The notes under the pieces were generated by a model. The model saw nothing but the letters and a program-made list of their open reading frames with translations. It had not been told where the DNA came from and did no database searches. Both the position numbers and the translations under genes were made by a program. A DNA stretch of 64,000 bases from Andalucia godoyi And28 (lineage: Eukaryota > Protista > Jakobida). The stretch covers positions 1 to 64,000 of the forward strand of contig VRVR01000061.1 in assembly GCA_009859145.1 (NCBI GenBank). The letters are read 5' to 3'. How positions within the stretch are numbered: the stretch's first letter is position 1; the number at the start of each line of letters is the position of its first letter. Shown here piece by piece: positions 31,155-42,801 of the stretch.

Positions 31155-33875
31155 ATGCAAGATTTCCACCACCACCAATTGAATGCAACTTTTATCCCGT
31201 CCCAAGCAGACCACACGGGCCTAGCGCTCTCTGACTCCCTGGCACTTCCGTTGGTTCCGGAGTCCCAGCTCGGAGTCTCGTCTCGATCGGCTGTTCCAAA
31301 CTTGTTTTGCGATGAATCGGACCATCTAACCCTAGTTCAAATGACTAACCCTACCTCCGACGAAACAACAAGCGTGCCATCCTCGTCACCTGCCTTACTA
31401 CAGTCGTGTTTCATCGATCTTTCGCACGAACCTTCACCAGGATCTTCTCTCGAAGATGTCATTGACTCTGTCTACCATGCGCATACCGCAGCCGACTCCC
31501 TCTCGGATTCCAGCGAAGATGCAGTGTCCATTCATCTGTTGAATTCCGTTTCGCCGAAAAAGTCGGTTCACGTGGACGTGAGCCACCACCACCTCGACTA
31601 CTTCCAGCATCATCTCCATGGCCACGAGAGCCATGCTCAACCGGTTCTAGCCATTGAAAATGGGGGTGCGTACAAATCGGGGCCTCTTTCGGCTGCTGCG
31701 AGTGGTGATGCCTTTACAGATCACGCGGCAGCCGATGAGGACTTGGGTGTCGATGGCGAGGTTGACGGCGACGGTGTCAGTATCAGTTTAGAAGAAGAGG
31801 ACGACTTGCTGATTGAGGATGAGGAATCGTTAGCGGAAGAGGAGGAGGAGGGGAAGGACGTGCAATTTGATATCGCAGAGAGGTTTGTCCTGGATGATTT
31901 GACTGATATCCACCAGCTGGCTGTTGCGATTCGAAAGGCCCGAAAGATTGTGGTAATGACAGGCGCCGGAATATCACGAGCTGCTGGGATTCCTTGCTTC
32001 CGAGGCGCAGATGGACTGTTTGCAGAGCTTCTTCGTGACTATCCGAACCTGTCGGATCCTTCCGAAGCACTCGATCGCGATGCATTGTCGGATGAACCGC
32101 AGATGGTGTATGACGCATTGTCGCGATTGTGGCCGCGGCCTGAGTGGCGACCAACTGCGTGCCATTACCTGTTGCGACTGCTGCACGAAAGTGGCAGATT
32201 GCTGCGGCTCTACACGCAGAATATTGATGACTTGGACGTTGTGGCAGGTGTTCCAAGAGACAAGCTGGTCCGGCTGCATGGAAACTTTGAGCGCGGTGTC
32301 TTTTATTATCAAAACCAAAAGGTTGAGTATCCGCTGCACTTGTTTGAGCGTATGATTCTTGAGAAGAAGGTTCCGGTTCTGGACCTGAAGCCAATCTCTA
32401 TCCCTCTTCATATGAAGCGTCCAGTCGAGTTTGATGAGGTGCTGGCAAACCCCAACAAGCAGTATCGGAATCACCACTTTGTGTTCCTGCGTCCGGATGT
32501 CACGTTATATCACGATGACGTAGGACAAGACATGGATCAGTGGTTCAATGCAGATGCAAAAGAGTGCGACATGGTGATTGTGATTGGAACTTCGCTCGAG
32601 GTTTCGCCAGCAAACTCCATTGCGAAACCTGGCTATGACTACAGTCCGATGACGGAAACAATCAAGATTCGCTATCCTCGCGTCTGGGTGAATCGGTCGA
32701 ATCCGCCTCGGTCGTTTGGCTTCTTCTTTGGAACCGTCAATGACAATGGCGTACCTGTTCGAACAGACTACAAGATGTTGTGTGAGTCAGACAGGTTTGC
32801 AGTCGCGCTTGCCGAAGAGTTGGGTTGGTCGCCACGTCTTCACGAACTTTTCCACTCAACTCCCGCAAAACGCTCCCTTCCTGCAGTGAAGTGTGGCACC
32901 AATCCTCTTCTGCACGTACCCGTTGCTGTTCAAGAAATGGAGCGCCATTCCAGATTTTCTCGTCGACGGGAGATTAAGGACGAGGTCATCCGGCATTTCA
33001 AAGCACATATGGCGTCTCGTACGAATGGGTACCATGCAAGAGTAGAGGAGGAGGAGGAGGAGGAGTACCAGCCAAAGCGGTCGGCACTCCCTTCCGTACG
33101 TAAGACTCGCCGATGCTCTCTGATGTCGTTGCTGGACTGTGTCTCGTCGTCCATGGGCGATGCGCTGGCCAGCCACTCGCAAGGCCCGCATGGACAAATA
33201 TACCAAGCACTGGTTAATGCCAACTCAGAGGAAGACTTTGCAAAGTTTCCGATTGATATTCTCTCGATGGTGCTTCAAGTTTATAATGCAATTGCGGAAC
33301 GCGATGCGACTCGTCCTGCTGCAAAGAGATCAAAGAAGGGTCCACATCCGGCGGTGTCGTCAGCGACGCATCGATCAGATCCGCTTCCTGCCGTCGAAAC
33401 CTCAGAATCACATCTCGATGGACGTGCGGCGCATTCTCCGTCATTGGAATCTAGTTCGCTGCATCCGGGGCCTGCAGAGGACGACTCAGATGACCGCAGC
33501 AGCGATCTTGATGGGGAGGAGGCGCACGCCGCATATGGAATCAATCGTGATTTGACAGACAGGCAGGCGGACCAGGCAGTGCACGCTCGCTTGAATCAGA
33601 TTTGCGTATTGTCGGGTGGATCGGAAGTCGTGGGCGTTGCAGACGGTGTCGCCCATGAAATCGATGCATTTAGTGTCCCATATGCCATGAAAAGCTCGGC
33701 AGGGCTTCCGGTGGTTCGGAGTCCGTTTGGCTCCCCCCGAAAGATGGCGGGCGCTCACGTATCGCTGTCGGAGCATGCGCTTGCGGCAACTGCATGTCCT
33801 GTGTCTCCATCCGTTATCCGCCGACCGTCCCCTTCTGCCATTCCGCATCATGGAGTGGATGCAAACTTGCTATAG
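31155..33875 (+). CDS. Divergent Sir2-family (sirtuin) protein with long low-complexity termini
   Basis: VMTGAGISRAAGIPCFRG, YTQNIDDL, LHGN, VIGTSLEVSPANS, VNR. Confidence 0.88.
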   Translation: MQDFHHHQLNATFIPSQADHTGLALSDSLALPLVPESQLGVSSRSAVPNLFCDESDHLTLVQMTNPTSDETTSVPSSSPALLQSCFIDLSHEPSPGSSLEDVIDSVYHAHTAADSLSDSSEDAVSIHLLNSVSPKKSVHVDVSHHHLDYFQHHLHGHESHAQPVLAIENGGAYKSGPLSAAASGDAFTDHAAADEDLGVDGEVDGDGVSISLEEEDDLLIEDEESLAEEEEEGKDVQFDIAERFVLDDLTDIHQLAVAIRKARKIVVMTGAGISRAAGIPCFRGADGLFAELLRDYPNLSDPSEALDRDALSDEPQMVYDALSRLWPRPEWRPTACHYLLRLLHESGRLLRLYTQNIDDLDVVAGVPRDKLVRLHGNFERGVFYYQNQKVEYPLHLFERMILEKKVPVLDLKPISIPLHMKRPVEFDEVLANPNKQYRNHHFVFLRPDVTLYHDDVGQDMDQWFNADAKECDMVIVIGTSLEVSPANSIAKPGYDYSPMTETIKIRYPRVWVNRSNPPRSFGFFFGTVNDNGVPVRTDYKMLCESDRFAVALAEELGWSPRLHELFHSTPAKRSLPAVKCGTNPLLHVPVAVQEMERHSRFSRRREIKDEVIRHFKAHMASRTNGYHARVEEEEEEEYQPKRSALPSVRKTRRCSLMSLLDCVSSSMGDALASHSQGPHGQIYQALVNANSEEDFAKFPIDILSMVLQVYNAIAERDATRPAAKRSKKGPHPAVSSATHRSDPLPAVETSESHLDGRAAHSPSLESSSLHPGPAEDDSDDRSSDLDGEEAHAAYGINRDLTDRQADQAVHARLNQICVLSGGSEVVGVADGVAHEIDAFSVPYAMKSSAGLPVVRSPFGSPRKMAGAHVSLSEHALAATACPVSPSVIRRPSPSAIPHHGVDANLL

Positions 33876-34333
33876 AGTGTCTTTTTCTCCTCTCATCTCT
33901 GTCTCCTCCATTCCTTCGGCTCTCTCTCTCTCTCTTTTGATCTTTTGCCCCCTTTTTTTGATTCTACTTGCCAGAAAAATAGTTGTGTGCGAATTTCGAG
34001 CGTCATCTTTTCATTCTAATTTATGACCCTTTCTGTTCGTCTTGTTCAAAATTCAAAACCGAAACAAACAAAAAGAAGAAAATAACTCATGGAAAAAAAA
34101 ACTTCATCTGTAAATTATGCGTCTAGGAAAACGGACAAATTGACAGTAGGTTTTACAAGCAAGCATCTTTTCTTTTCTTTTCTTTTCTTTTTTGAAAATA
34201 GAATTCGACAGAAACACACAAACAGACAAAGTGGGTGCGTCCGTGGGAAAGAAATGTTTTCTTTTTTGAAGGTGACGAGAGAGAGAGAGAGAGAGAGAGA
34301 GAAGGAAGAAAAAAACCAGAAATCCAGGATCGA

Positions 34334-35944
34334 TTACATAAAGTCCCAATTCTGAACCATCATCTTTTGCACGCTCAACAGGGCTTCTTTGCGGATCTGT
34401 TCGTTGTTGTGCGACATGAGTTTCATGACCTTTGTTTTTGCATCGAGGGCATTGATGATCTTCCGACCGCGGGCATGATGGCGGACAAACTCGCCAAGAT
34501 CATGGCAGACAACGGCAACAGTCCGTGCGTCCGCTTCGTTCTCCACGTCGGCTAGCGAAAGCAAATTGATGAGCTCCTTCACGACGGTGAACTCGTTGGC
34601 TTCAAACTTGTCAATGTTGTCTCTCCAAAATTGCTCCGATCGGTGCGCAGGAGTCCAGTCCATGCGCCCAGACATCACTTCCTGGAGATACGAGTCGAAG
34701 GTCGAAAGCTCAGTGACTTGCGAATCGAGCTTGGAGTACAGCGCATTACACAGCTCGGTGATGTCGGCATCACCAAATTTGCGCTTGGACATGTTCTTCA
34801 GAGTGGAGAACAAACCCACCGAAATCATCTCTTTTGCATAGGATCCGATATCGACGAGATTCTGCAAGATTCCCAGCGAAACTCGCAAGATCTTTTCCCT
34901 GTTCACCCGGAGCAGGGTATCGTGCAACATTGCCACCACATGCGAATCATGCAACTCGGACGCGATGTCCTTGTTGAACGACAGCAGCCACAGGGAAATG
35001 CATACGTTGTACATTGTTAAGAGGTGATTTGTTTGTGTCCGCAACAATGGCGGCAACAGTCTGGCTCCCTTTGAAGCTGCAAACACGGCTCGCAAATCTG
35101 CGCGCTGCATCAGAATCGCAAGTGCATCCACGGCAGGCGCAATCTCACGATGGTCCTTCTTCCTCAATTGAACCGACAGCCAGTCCAAAAACTCCTCGCG
35201 TTCTTTTCGTCCTCCAATTGCGACCAGTCCAGAGGAAGACCCGGATTTCGTCGGCGATTGTGGAGACGCGACAGCAATGGGCGCAGGCCGTGGCTTTCCA
35301 GTGGCATCCGTGAAATCTAAACCTGGAAGCAACACGCTGCTGTTGCCGCCTCCACTACTATTAACACTACTACTACTGCTGCTGCTGCTGTCATTGTTAT
35401 TCGTATTCGCTGCTGAAGATGTTCCATTGGAGGACAATGTGGATGTGCTTGAAGTCGATGAATTAAGCTTTGCGTCGGCGACGAGCAGCCGTGCAAGAAC
35501 CTGCGCAGCCTGATCCACAATCACAAACTGCGTATCCTTTCCGCGGAGGAGTCTGGCGAACGGCTGGAACGGGTCCATTTTGTGGACCGGCGATTTCTCG
35601 AGCTGCACAAACCGAGATGCCAAGTCCGGGATCGACCCCATAAGATCATTCAGCAACACAAGCACCGATTCCAGCGCATCAATCGACGACAACTGCTTGA
35701 CGACCTTGAGCAACACAATGCAGTACTTGTCCGGACCGAGCGAGACCGAAGATGCCTTTGCCCCAATCGAGTCCTCGCGCTGAAGATCTGTCATCAGCTG
35801 TGCATCTGCAGACGAAATGTACGCAGCAGCTTCGAAATCAGACCACAAAATACGGCGTCCTCGGACCGCGTGGATCAGTGTCGCGTCCTCATCCTCGGGT
35901 GGAATCGTCGACAAATCAGGTCGGTTCAATCCTGACGAAGACAT
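34334..35944 (-). CDS. ATP6V1H: V-type ATPase subunit H
   Basis: C-terminal STFDSYLQEVMSGRMDWTPAHRSEQFWRDN...CHDLGEFVRHH...EALLSVQKMM. Start MSSSG at 35944. Confidence 0.95.
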   Translation of the reverse strand: MSSSGLNRPDLSTIPPEDEDATLIHAVRGRRILWSDFEAAAYISSADAQLMTDLQREDSIGAKASSVSLGPDKYCIVLLKVVKQLSSIDALESVLVLLNDLMGSIPDLASRFVQLEKSPVHKMDPFQPFARLLRGKDTQFVIVDQAAQVLARLLVADAKLNSSTSSTSTLSSNGTSSAANTNNNDSSSSSSSSVNSSGGGNSSVLLPGLDFTDATGKPRPAPIAVASPQSPTKSGSSSGLVAIGGRKEREEFLDWLSVQLRKKDHREIAPAVDALAILMQRADLRAVFAASKGARLLPPLLRTQTNHLLTMYNVCISLWLLSFNKDIASELHDSHVVAMLHDTLLRVNREKILRVSLGILQNLVDIGSYAKEMISVGLFSTLKNMSKRKFGDADITELCNALYSKLDSQVTELSTFDSYLQEVMSGRMDWTPAHRSEQFWRDNIDKFEANEFTVVKELINLLSLADVENEADARTVAVVCHDLGEFVRHHARGRKIINALDAKTKVMKLMSHNNEQIRKEALLSVQKMMVQNWDFM

Positions 35945-35964
35945 GATTTTCCGATGCTTACTTT

Positions 35965-35983
35965 TCTGTATGTATGTATGTAT

Positions 35984-36028
<45 letters not shown>

Positions 36029-36041
36029 CGTGTGTGTGTGC
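35965..36041. repeat. (TG)n-rich microsatellite upstream of V-ATPase H
   Basis: Visible TATG/TG runs. Confidence 0.9.
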
Positions 36042-36396
36042 GTATATATATGAAAGAGAGAACCCCAAATACACAAAGGAGCATGTAAAGAGAAAAATGT
36101 ATGCAAGTCGGGCAGTACAATTTCGAATCTTCCTATTGGGCGGTGTCAGTCTGTCAGTCTGTCAGTGGTGACTTTTGTGCGCAGTGTGTACACCTTCCTC
36201 TGTTCGTACAGAAATGACATGCACTGACACCTCTGACATTTCAGGCAAGCTTTAATTGCGTCGAGTTGCTGACTACAGTCCGTGGGGCAGTGGGTGCGTG
36301 TGTTTCTCTTTGTAGGCGCCCAATCCTGGAGGTTCTTGCGTGTGTTTTTACGGATCAACGTTGGGCATCGTATTGTCCATCTATGCCGACAGTGCG

Positions 36397-38127
36397 ATGA
36401 GTGTTGAAGTGACTGGGTCGCAACTGCTTCGAATCAAGGATGTGCTGAAGAAGCGGCTTGCGGAAGTGGAAGCCGAGAGAGCTGAGTACCGTTTGCTGGA
36501 GTCTATTGAAACGCAGGAGCGCCAGACGTACCGCACCCAAGTTGCCGAGTATGACGCGCGGCTCAAGGACTGGGAGTCGCGCGAACTGCAGAGACGAGAG
36601 GCGCGACGATCGCAGCTGCAGAAGAGCCGCAAGCTCGATGAATTGCTGAAACTTGCGAAACGCGCTCGGCTCGGTGGTGACTGCGACAGCGCCGGCGCTG
36701 GCGGGAGTGAAGTGACTGCGAACGAAAAGCATGGTTGCTTGAATGAGGGTGCAAGAGCCGCAAAATCATCCCGAGCGAGTTCGGCGGTTCGCAGCACTGG
36801 CCGGTCAAAGGCGACTCCGAGGACTGGGTTCGTAGGGGCTTCTACGACGGTCGCCGTCGCCGTCGCGGTGGGCGCGGGCGGGGGCGTGGGCGTTGGTGCG
36901 GGGGTCCGGTCAATGACTCCAACGGCGAGCGCCGGGGGTGCGGGACGTTCCGGAAGGCGTGGAGGCAGTGGTGGTGGTGGTGATGATGATGATGATGGAG
37001 ATCCAAAGCCCGAGCCGCCCGCTGCGTTTTCCTCGGCGCTTGGTACTCGGTTGAAGAGACTTAAGAGTTTGCGACGGAAGTTGGCGAGTGAAGTGAGTGC
37101 GGTGATTGCGAGTATGCGGGACGCTCCGGGGCCGAGGCTCTGTGGAACTGGAGAGTATTGCAAACTCGGCACTGCGCAGCGAGTCCAGATGCGTGTGCAG
37201 GATCGGTTGGACGAGATTGTGGAGACCCTGCAGAGCCTCACCGAGCAGCAAAAGACCATTCGCAAGAGTTTCAGGTTTGGAAAGGACGAAGGGGAAGACG
37301 AGGAGAATCTGCTCAAGAAGTACGACGACGAATTCTGCAGCCAGCTTGCGTACTGTGCAGCAGAACTGGAGCGGTGCAGCAATCTCCTGGAAAAGTACAA
37401 GGACGAGGAGACTGTGCAAGCAGCCGTATGCAGGTTTCGCGCGGCGCACGGACTGTCCGATGCAGCAAGGCAAACTGAGGAGCAGCACAAAAAGAAAGCT
37501 GAAGCCCTCACTGCGTCCCCGTTGCGTGCTCCCAGTTCTCCCAGTGGTCTTGTTTCTCCAAGCGTCTCTGCTCCTCCGTCGGATGCACGATGCAGCGATG
37601 TGACCCTTCGCTATCGCATTCGATGGCCCGTCGTTTTCGCATCGGCGGATCCCGTTGCCACGTACGCAAGCATTCCTCTGGAGTCCATCCCGCTTGGTCT
37701 GTCGCCGCTCGAAACGGCCGGCTTCCAATCCGCCCTTTCATTCTCGCACCGTCATGATTTGCGCAATATCGTGAGAGCCAACATTTCGCTCTTCACAATG
37801 CGCGTCACACTCGAGATGCAGAGAATTGTGCTCGCCGGAGTGCGGGACACGTTCTGGAAAGATCTCATTGTGAAGATGCGAGAGTCGTCCAGTACGAACG
37901 ACCAGCAGCGTGCACGCGCCGAGTTCGCGCACACGTATCGCTTTGTCTATTCAGTTCTCATGCATCAGGGACGCTCCTACGGTGCATTCCTTCCGAAGCC
38001 ACTGTCCTCCTCCTCCACCTCCGTCACTCCGGCTCGTGCTCCGGATCCACAGACTGGCGACGAGCAGCATGCCGCCGCAGAACAGGTGACTACAGGCACG
38101 GATGATGAGCCCGCCAGCAAGTCGTAA
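36397..38127 (+). CDS. Uncharacterised coiled-coil protein
   Basis: About 576-aa intact ORF, two coiled-coil segments separated by a Gly/Ala-rich linker. Confidence 0.75.
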   Translation: MSVEVTGSQLLRIKDVLKKRLAEVEAERAEYRLLESIETQERQTYRTQVAEYDARLKDWESRELQRREARRSQLQKSRKLDELLKLAKRARLGGDCDSAGAGGSEVTANEKHGCLNEGARAAKSSRASSAVRSTGRSKATPRTGFVGASTTVAVAVAVGAGGGVGVGAGVRSMTPTASAGGAGRSGRRGGSGGGGDDDDDGDPKPEPPAAFSSALGTRLKRLKSLRRKLASEVSAVIASMRDAPGPRLCGTGEYCKLGTAQRVQMRVQDRLDEIVETLQSLTEQQKTIRKSFRFGKDEGEDEENLLKKYDDEFCSQLAYCAAELERCSNLLEKYKDEETVQAAVCRFRAAHGLSDAARQTEEQHKKKAEALTASPLRAPSSPSGLVSPSVSAPPSDARCSDVTLRYRIRWPVVFASADPVATYASIPLESIPLGLSPLETAGFQSALSFSHRHDLRNIVRANISLFTMRVTLEMQRIVLAGVRDTFWKDLIVKMRESSSTNDQQRARAEFAHTYRFVYSVLMHQGRSYGAFLPKPLSSSSTSVTPARAPDPQTGDEQHAAAEQVTTGTDDEPASKS

Positions 38128-38216
38128 AACATCCTGCACTGCTGCGCTCGCTCGTATTTCGGATTGCCGTCTGTCAGATTGGAGATGTAATTGTAATTGT
38201 TCTTAAAATTGTTCTA

Positions 38217-38257
<41 letters not shown>

Positions 38258-38278
38258 GTGCGTGTGGATCAATATTCT

Positions 38279-40162
38279 TTACAAGTCATGTGAAAGAGGA
38301 GCGGTGTTGCCAAGAAGTTGCTGATTGAGGATGCTTTCCAACTGACCCTGCAGCAACCCGAGTTCATTTTGGAGCGCCACTTCTTCCTGGAGACGCTCTC
38401 GCAATCGAAACAGCCCGTCGTCCAATGTGGCAGACACTCCGAGTTGAGAAGAGTATATATCCAAGAACAGCTCTGCGATAGGGATCAACAATGCGGCATA
38501 GAACGGATCCACGATGTGCTTCGCGAAAAATGCAAGCACCGGCTCCAGCGCTGACTCGTCGCGGTTTGCAAGCGCAATTTCCACGCCGTCGCGCAGCGTA
38601 AGCTCCTCGAAAAGCGAGCACACAATGTGAATGTTCCTGGTTTCCAGAGCAGCGTCCAGGGCCTGTGCATACTCGAACGACTTGAGATGGCGATCGAATG
38701 GAGCAAGCCGCTTCCGGCGCTCCTGTTCTCCAAGTCCCGTTGTTGTTCCGCGTCGCGTCATATACGAATACGAGCCTTTTCTACCAGTCCGCTCCGGCTG
38801 GCGGGGTTTTTGCACGGAACCGAGCGTCTGTGAAACCGAAGAACGAGCTTTGATGACTGCCGTGGAGTTGGCGTGGAGGGCAACGAGAACCGAGTCGTCG
38901 AACGCGAGTCCCAAGATCGGTGCATCGTATCGCATCGTATGCACAACCGGATACGCGGGACTTGTCAGGTCGTACACCTTCACAAGCTGGTCGAGACCGC
39001 CAGAAAGCAGTCGCGTGCCATCTGCATTGACCGCCAAACACGTCACAGTTTTTTGGTGATGGATAAGATGCGTCAGGGAACCCCCGTCGCTCTGAAGCTC
39101 CACGTTTGCACCAACTCCAGCGCTGCTACCAGTAGCAATACCCGTAACATTCGTGGCACCAGTACCAGCACCAGTACCAACATCCGCCGCACCAGAAACA
39201 CCGCCTGCTGCTGCTGCTGCTGCTGCTGTCACTGCCGCTGCTGTCGACGACGATGACGATGACAAGATGTTTAGAATGGAGACGGCGGGGCCTCCGCCAA
39301 CGGCGGCCATTCCACGAGAAGTCCACACGACTGATTCAACCGGTCTTCCGACATGGAACGCCCTGACCTTGTTCTTCATGCGCACATCCCACAGCACAAC
39401 AGAATGATCGTACGAGCCAGACAGCACCAGGGCCGGGTCAAAGGGACACACCGCGAGCGTTCGCACGTAGTCCGAGTGCCCTTCCAGCGTCGCCGTTTCC
39501 TTGCCGACGGACACATCCCAAATCTTCAGGAATGCATCATCGGATCCCGAGACGAGCGAGGTTTGCGAAAGAAATGATAGCGCATGAATCGGCCGTGAAT
39601 GGCCCTGCAGCACTCGAAGCGATGACCGAGACTGCGAATCAAACACCTTGACAACCGCATCAAACGTTGACGCTGCAATCAGCCTGTGATCAGGACGAAT
39701 CGCAACCGACAGCACAGGCTCCATGAACTTGGACAGCCGAAACGACTCTGAAAACGACGGCGCCGAGTACGCAGTCACCGCTGTTCCCGCTCCAATCAGC
39801 ACCCGCGCATCAAGTGCAAACGGCACATGATTCGCACTACCACTGTGGCGGTTACTATGACTGTGGCTATGACTATGGCCAGTGCCGCCATGGGTCGAAC
39901 TCGGCTCGTTCGTGCTGCTGCCGCCAATCGCAGTGGAACCCAACCCCGACCCTGACGACGACGGAGACGACGAAGGACCCGGACCAGACGTGCTTGGTCC
40001 GCGACCTGGAACCAGAGAGAGACATGTCGGCGCCGAGGACAGCTTCAAGAAGTGACTCTGTGCATAAGATTTCCAGTACCGTGACTCTGCAGTGTCCTTC
40101 AACGAGGACGTCTTTGGAGGCGGGCGCAGCGACAGTGGTTGGTACGACGTCAGGCTTGCCAT
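38279..40162 (-). CDS. UTP15: U3 snoRNP protein UTP15 (WD40 + UTP15_C)
   Basis: ESRYWKSY, WD repeats (GHSDYVR, LSGSYDHSVVLWD, HHQKTVTCL), C-terminal FDRHLKSFEYAQALD...ALANRDE. Confidence 0.92.
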   Translation of the reverse strand: MASLTSYQPLSLRPPPKTSSLKDTAESRYWKSYAQSHFLKLSSAPTCLSLVPGRGPSTSGPGPSSSPSSSGSGLGSTAIGGSSTNEPSSTHGGTGHSHSHSHSNRHSGSANHVPFALDARVLIGAGTAVTAYSAPSFSESFRLSKFMEPVLSVAIRPDHRLIAASTFDAVVKVFDSQSRSSLRVLQGHSRPIHALSFLSQTSLVSGSDDAFLKIWDVSVGKETATLEGHSDYVRTLAVCPFDPALVLSGSYDHSVVLWDVRMKNKVRAFHVGRPVESVVWTSRGMAAVGGGPAVSILNILSSSSSSTAAAVTAAAAAAAGGVSGAADVGTGAGTGATNVTGIATGSSAGVGANVELQSDGGSLTHLIHHQKTVTCLAVNADGTRLLSGGLDQLVKVYDLTSPAYPVVHTMRYDAPILGLAFDDSVLVALHANSTAVIKARSSVSQTLGSVQKPRQPERTGRKGSYSYMTRRGTTTGLGEQERRKRLAPFDRHLKSFEYAQALDAALETRNIHIVCSLFEELTLRDGVEIALANRDESALEPVLAFFAKHIVDPFYAALLIPIAELFLDIYSSQLGVSATLDDGLFRLRERLQEEVALQNELGLLQGQLESILNQQLLGNTAPLSHDL

Positions 40163-40223
<61 letters not shown>

Positions 40224-40398
40224 TAATACAACGTACGAATAAACTAAAATAACAGTAATATTCTGATTTAAAAAACAAAACGAAAAACCCAAAAGGAAAG
40301 TGAGTATCGATGCTGGTGTGTTTGGAAGCCAAAGTAAAAATGATATAGGGGACAGAAAGGCGAAAAAAACTACAGCTGGAAAACAATTTTCAGATGGA

Positions 40399-40477
40399 GG
40401 TTTCTTCATGGGTTTCTTCATGGGTTTCTTCATGGGTTTCTTCATGGGTTTCCTCGTGGGCTCCTTCATGGGTTTCC
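40399..40477. repeat. 12-bp tandem repeat (GGTTTCTTCATG)x4 plus degenerate copies
   Basis: Upstream of UTP15, no spacers. Confidence 0.9.
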
Positions 40478-40770
40478 CCACTTGGTGGGTTAGTGGAGGG
40501 GGAGCGAGTGCTTTATAGGCACACCGTCACGGTGTTTCCTTCTTGTCACGTACAGTACATCATACTACATACAGTAGGGCAACCACAACATCACATTTCT
40601 AGAGTCTAGAGACAAGACACGCACACGCACGCAGGCTTGTTGATGCTTTTGTTTTGTTTTTGTTTTTGTTTTTTGTTTGATTGTTTTCTTTCCTTCTTTT
40701 TTTCCTTTCCATTTTTTCTGAATTCTAAAAATCTTCATAGGGGAGCACCAAGCACCAGGGGATCAGATGG

Positions 40771-42138
40771 CTATTTGAGCATGAGCAACACAATCAAAAT
40801 GACAAGTGCGATGATTGCGGTGATGCGCTCGAGCTGCGAGCGGAGCTGGAGCTGGCGAGTGGCTTCGTCGCGGCCGACACGTACGCCCTCTGCACGCCCC
40901 TTTGCTTCAGCCTCGGAGCGCTGTGCCTTGATGGAGGCCTTGAGCTGACGGACAGCGGCCTCACGCGCTTCAATGCCCTGCAGCTTGGCGTCGAGTGCAC
41001 TCTCCTTCTGCTCGAGTTTGGCTGCAACCTTGTCCACATTTGCCTTCTGGGCCACGGCGTCCTTCCTCGCCTTTTCTACGTCGTTCTGCGACCGCGCGAC
41101 AGCTTCCAAGGCAAGCTGCACACGCTTTTCATTCACCTGGATTCCAGATTCGCGCGCATCCAGTGCCTGTGCACGCGCATCCATCTTTTTCTTCTCTTCC
41201 TCCACGCTCGCCTTCGATGCAGCTTCGCGCTGCGCAGCTTCCGACTTTAAGCGCTCGCTATCCTGATGCGATTGAACCACGAGCTGGACATGGCGGCGAT
41301 CCAGCTCAGCAGACCGCGCATCCAAGCTGCGCTTCTGGACATCTAGTGCAGCTCGCTTCTCCTCGAGAGAAGCTCGATCCTTGTCAAGCGACGCAAGAAG
41401 CACAAGCTGCGAAGACAGCTCCTGCTCACGAACCGAAATCTCTTGATGCAGTCTCTCCAGCTCCTGCTCTTTAGCATCCACTGCCGACTGCTTCGCGAGC
41501 ACATTCTGGTCAAAGATGCGCAGGCTCTGCTCTCTTTGGTAAAGAGCAGACAGCTGCTGCTCAATCGCACTTTGCTTTTGATGCATAGTCCCCATTTGCT
41601 GATCCAACGTGGCTTGCTTGCTTGCGACGGCCTGTTCCTTCTGCTCCAATGCACTCTGGCGCTGCTGCAACCCATTCATCTGCTCACCAACTGAGCGCCG
41701 CGTATCTTCCAGTGCGTGCTTGTCCTTTTCCAGTGCGTGCTTGTCCTTTTCCAGTGCGTGCTTGTCCTTTTCAAGCCCGGCCTTGATGCTCTCAACAGAC
41801 GCCTTTTCCTGCTCAATCCACGATTTTTCCTGCTCGAGCCACGTCTTTTGAGATTCCCACAGGTTGATGTCCTTGTTCAAGGCATCGCGATCCATCTGAA
41901 GCGTGTTCTTCTCCTGCAACAGCGCCTCTCTTGCAAATTCAACGCCCTTCTTTTCATCCTCCATCGCAAGTTTTTCTTGTTCAGTCAGCCTCTGCAGTGC
42001 AGCAAGCTCCGCCTTTTCCGCATCCACCATTGCTCTCGCTTCCTGGACACTCTTGAGCTGCTCCCCAGCCGTCTTTTTGAGCTGCTCGAGCTGCACGCGC
42101 TTGGTCTCGAGCGCCTGTTCCTCCTCCTCCATCGCAAC

Positions 42139-42180
<42 letters not shown>

Positions 42181-42801
42181 TGCAGATGCATTTACGCTCT
42201 GGACCATGGATTCCAGCTCTGCAATCCGGGACTGCAGCTCTGCTTTGTGCGACTCGAAGCCGCGAATCTGAGACTCGAGCTCAGCCTCGCGCTGCACCAG
42301 ATGCGCAGACTTTGCGTCAAGCTCTGCCTGCTTGGCCTTGACGCTTTCCCAAAGCTTCTTCAGGTTCTGCTGGGACTGCTCAGACTGTTCAGAATTCGAC
42401 ATTTCTTGCGGACCACCTCTACTGCTATTGCTGCTGCTATTGCTGCTATTGCTGCTGCTGCTGCTGTTGTTGTTGTTGTTGTTGTTGTCGTTCTGTTGTT
42501 GAAAGTGCGAACGCAGGGAAAGAAACATGGATGCCGAAAAAGCAGACGGCAGCGATGCATATTTCGCGCTGCTACTCGTAGTTGGAACCGCAGTTGCCGC
42601 AGACGAAAGATGAGGAGCTTGTACAGCAGGCAGGAAAAAAGGAAGCGCACCAAGCATCAATCGCCGACTCTCGTCATCCTCGTCCGCAGCAGCATCGTGG
42701 ACAGCATCATTGCGAACAGCATCGGACGGCCGCTTGATGTCATGAGACGGAGACGCATGGTTCGAAAGAACTTCAGGTTCGTCCAGCCGAGATCCATCCA
42801 T
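40771..42801 (-). CDS. Long coiled-coil protein with C-terminal transmembrane tail anchor (golgin-like architecture)
   Basis: Heptad-rich E/Q/K body with (LEKDKHA)x3 from a 21-bp repeat at ~41707-41772. Ends ITAIIALVILIVLLMLK. Start uncertain. Confidence 0.8.
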
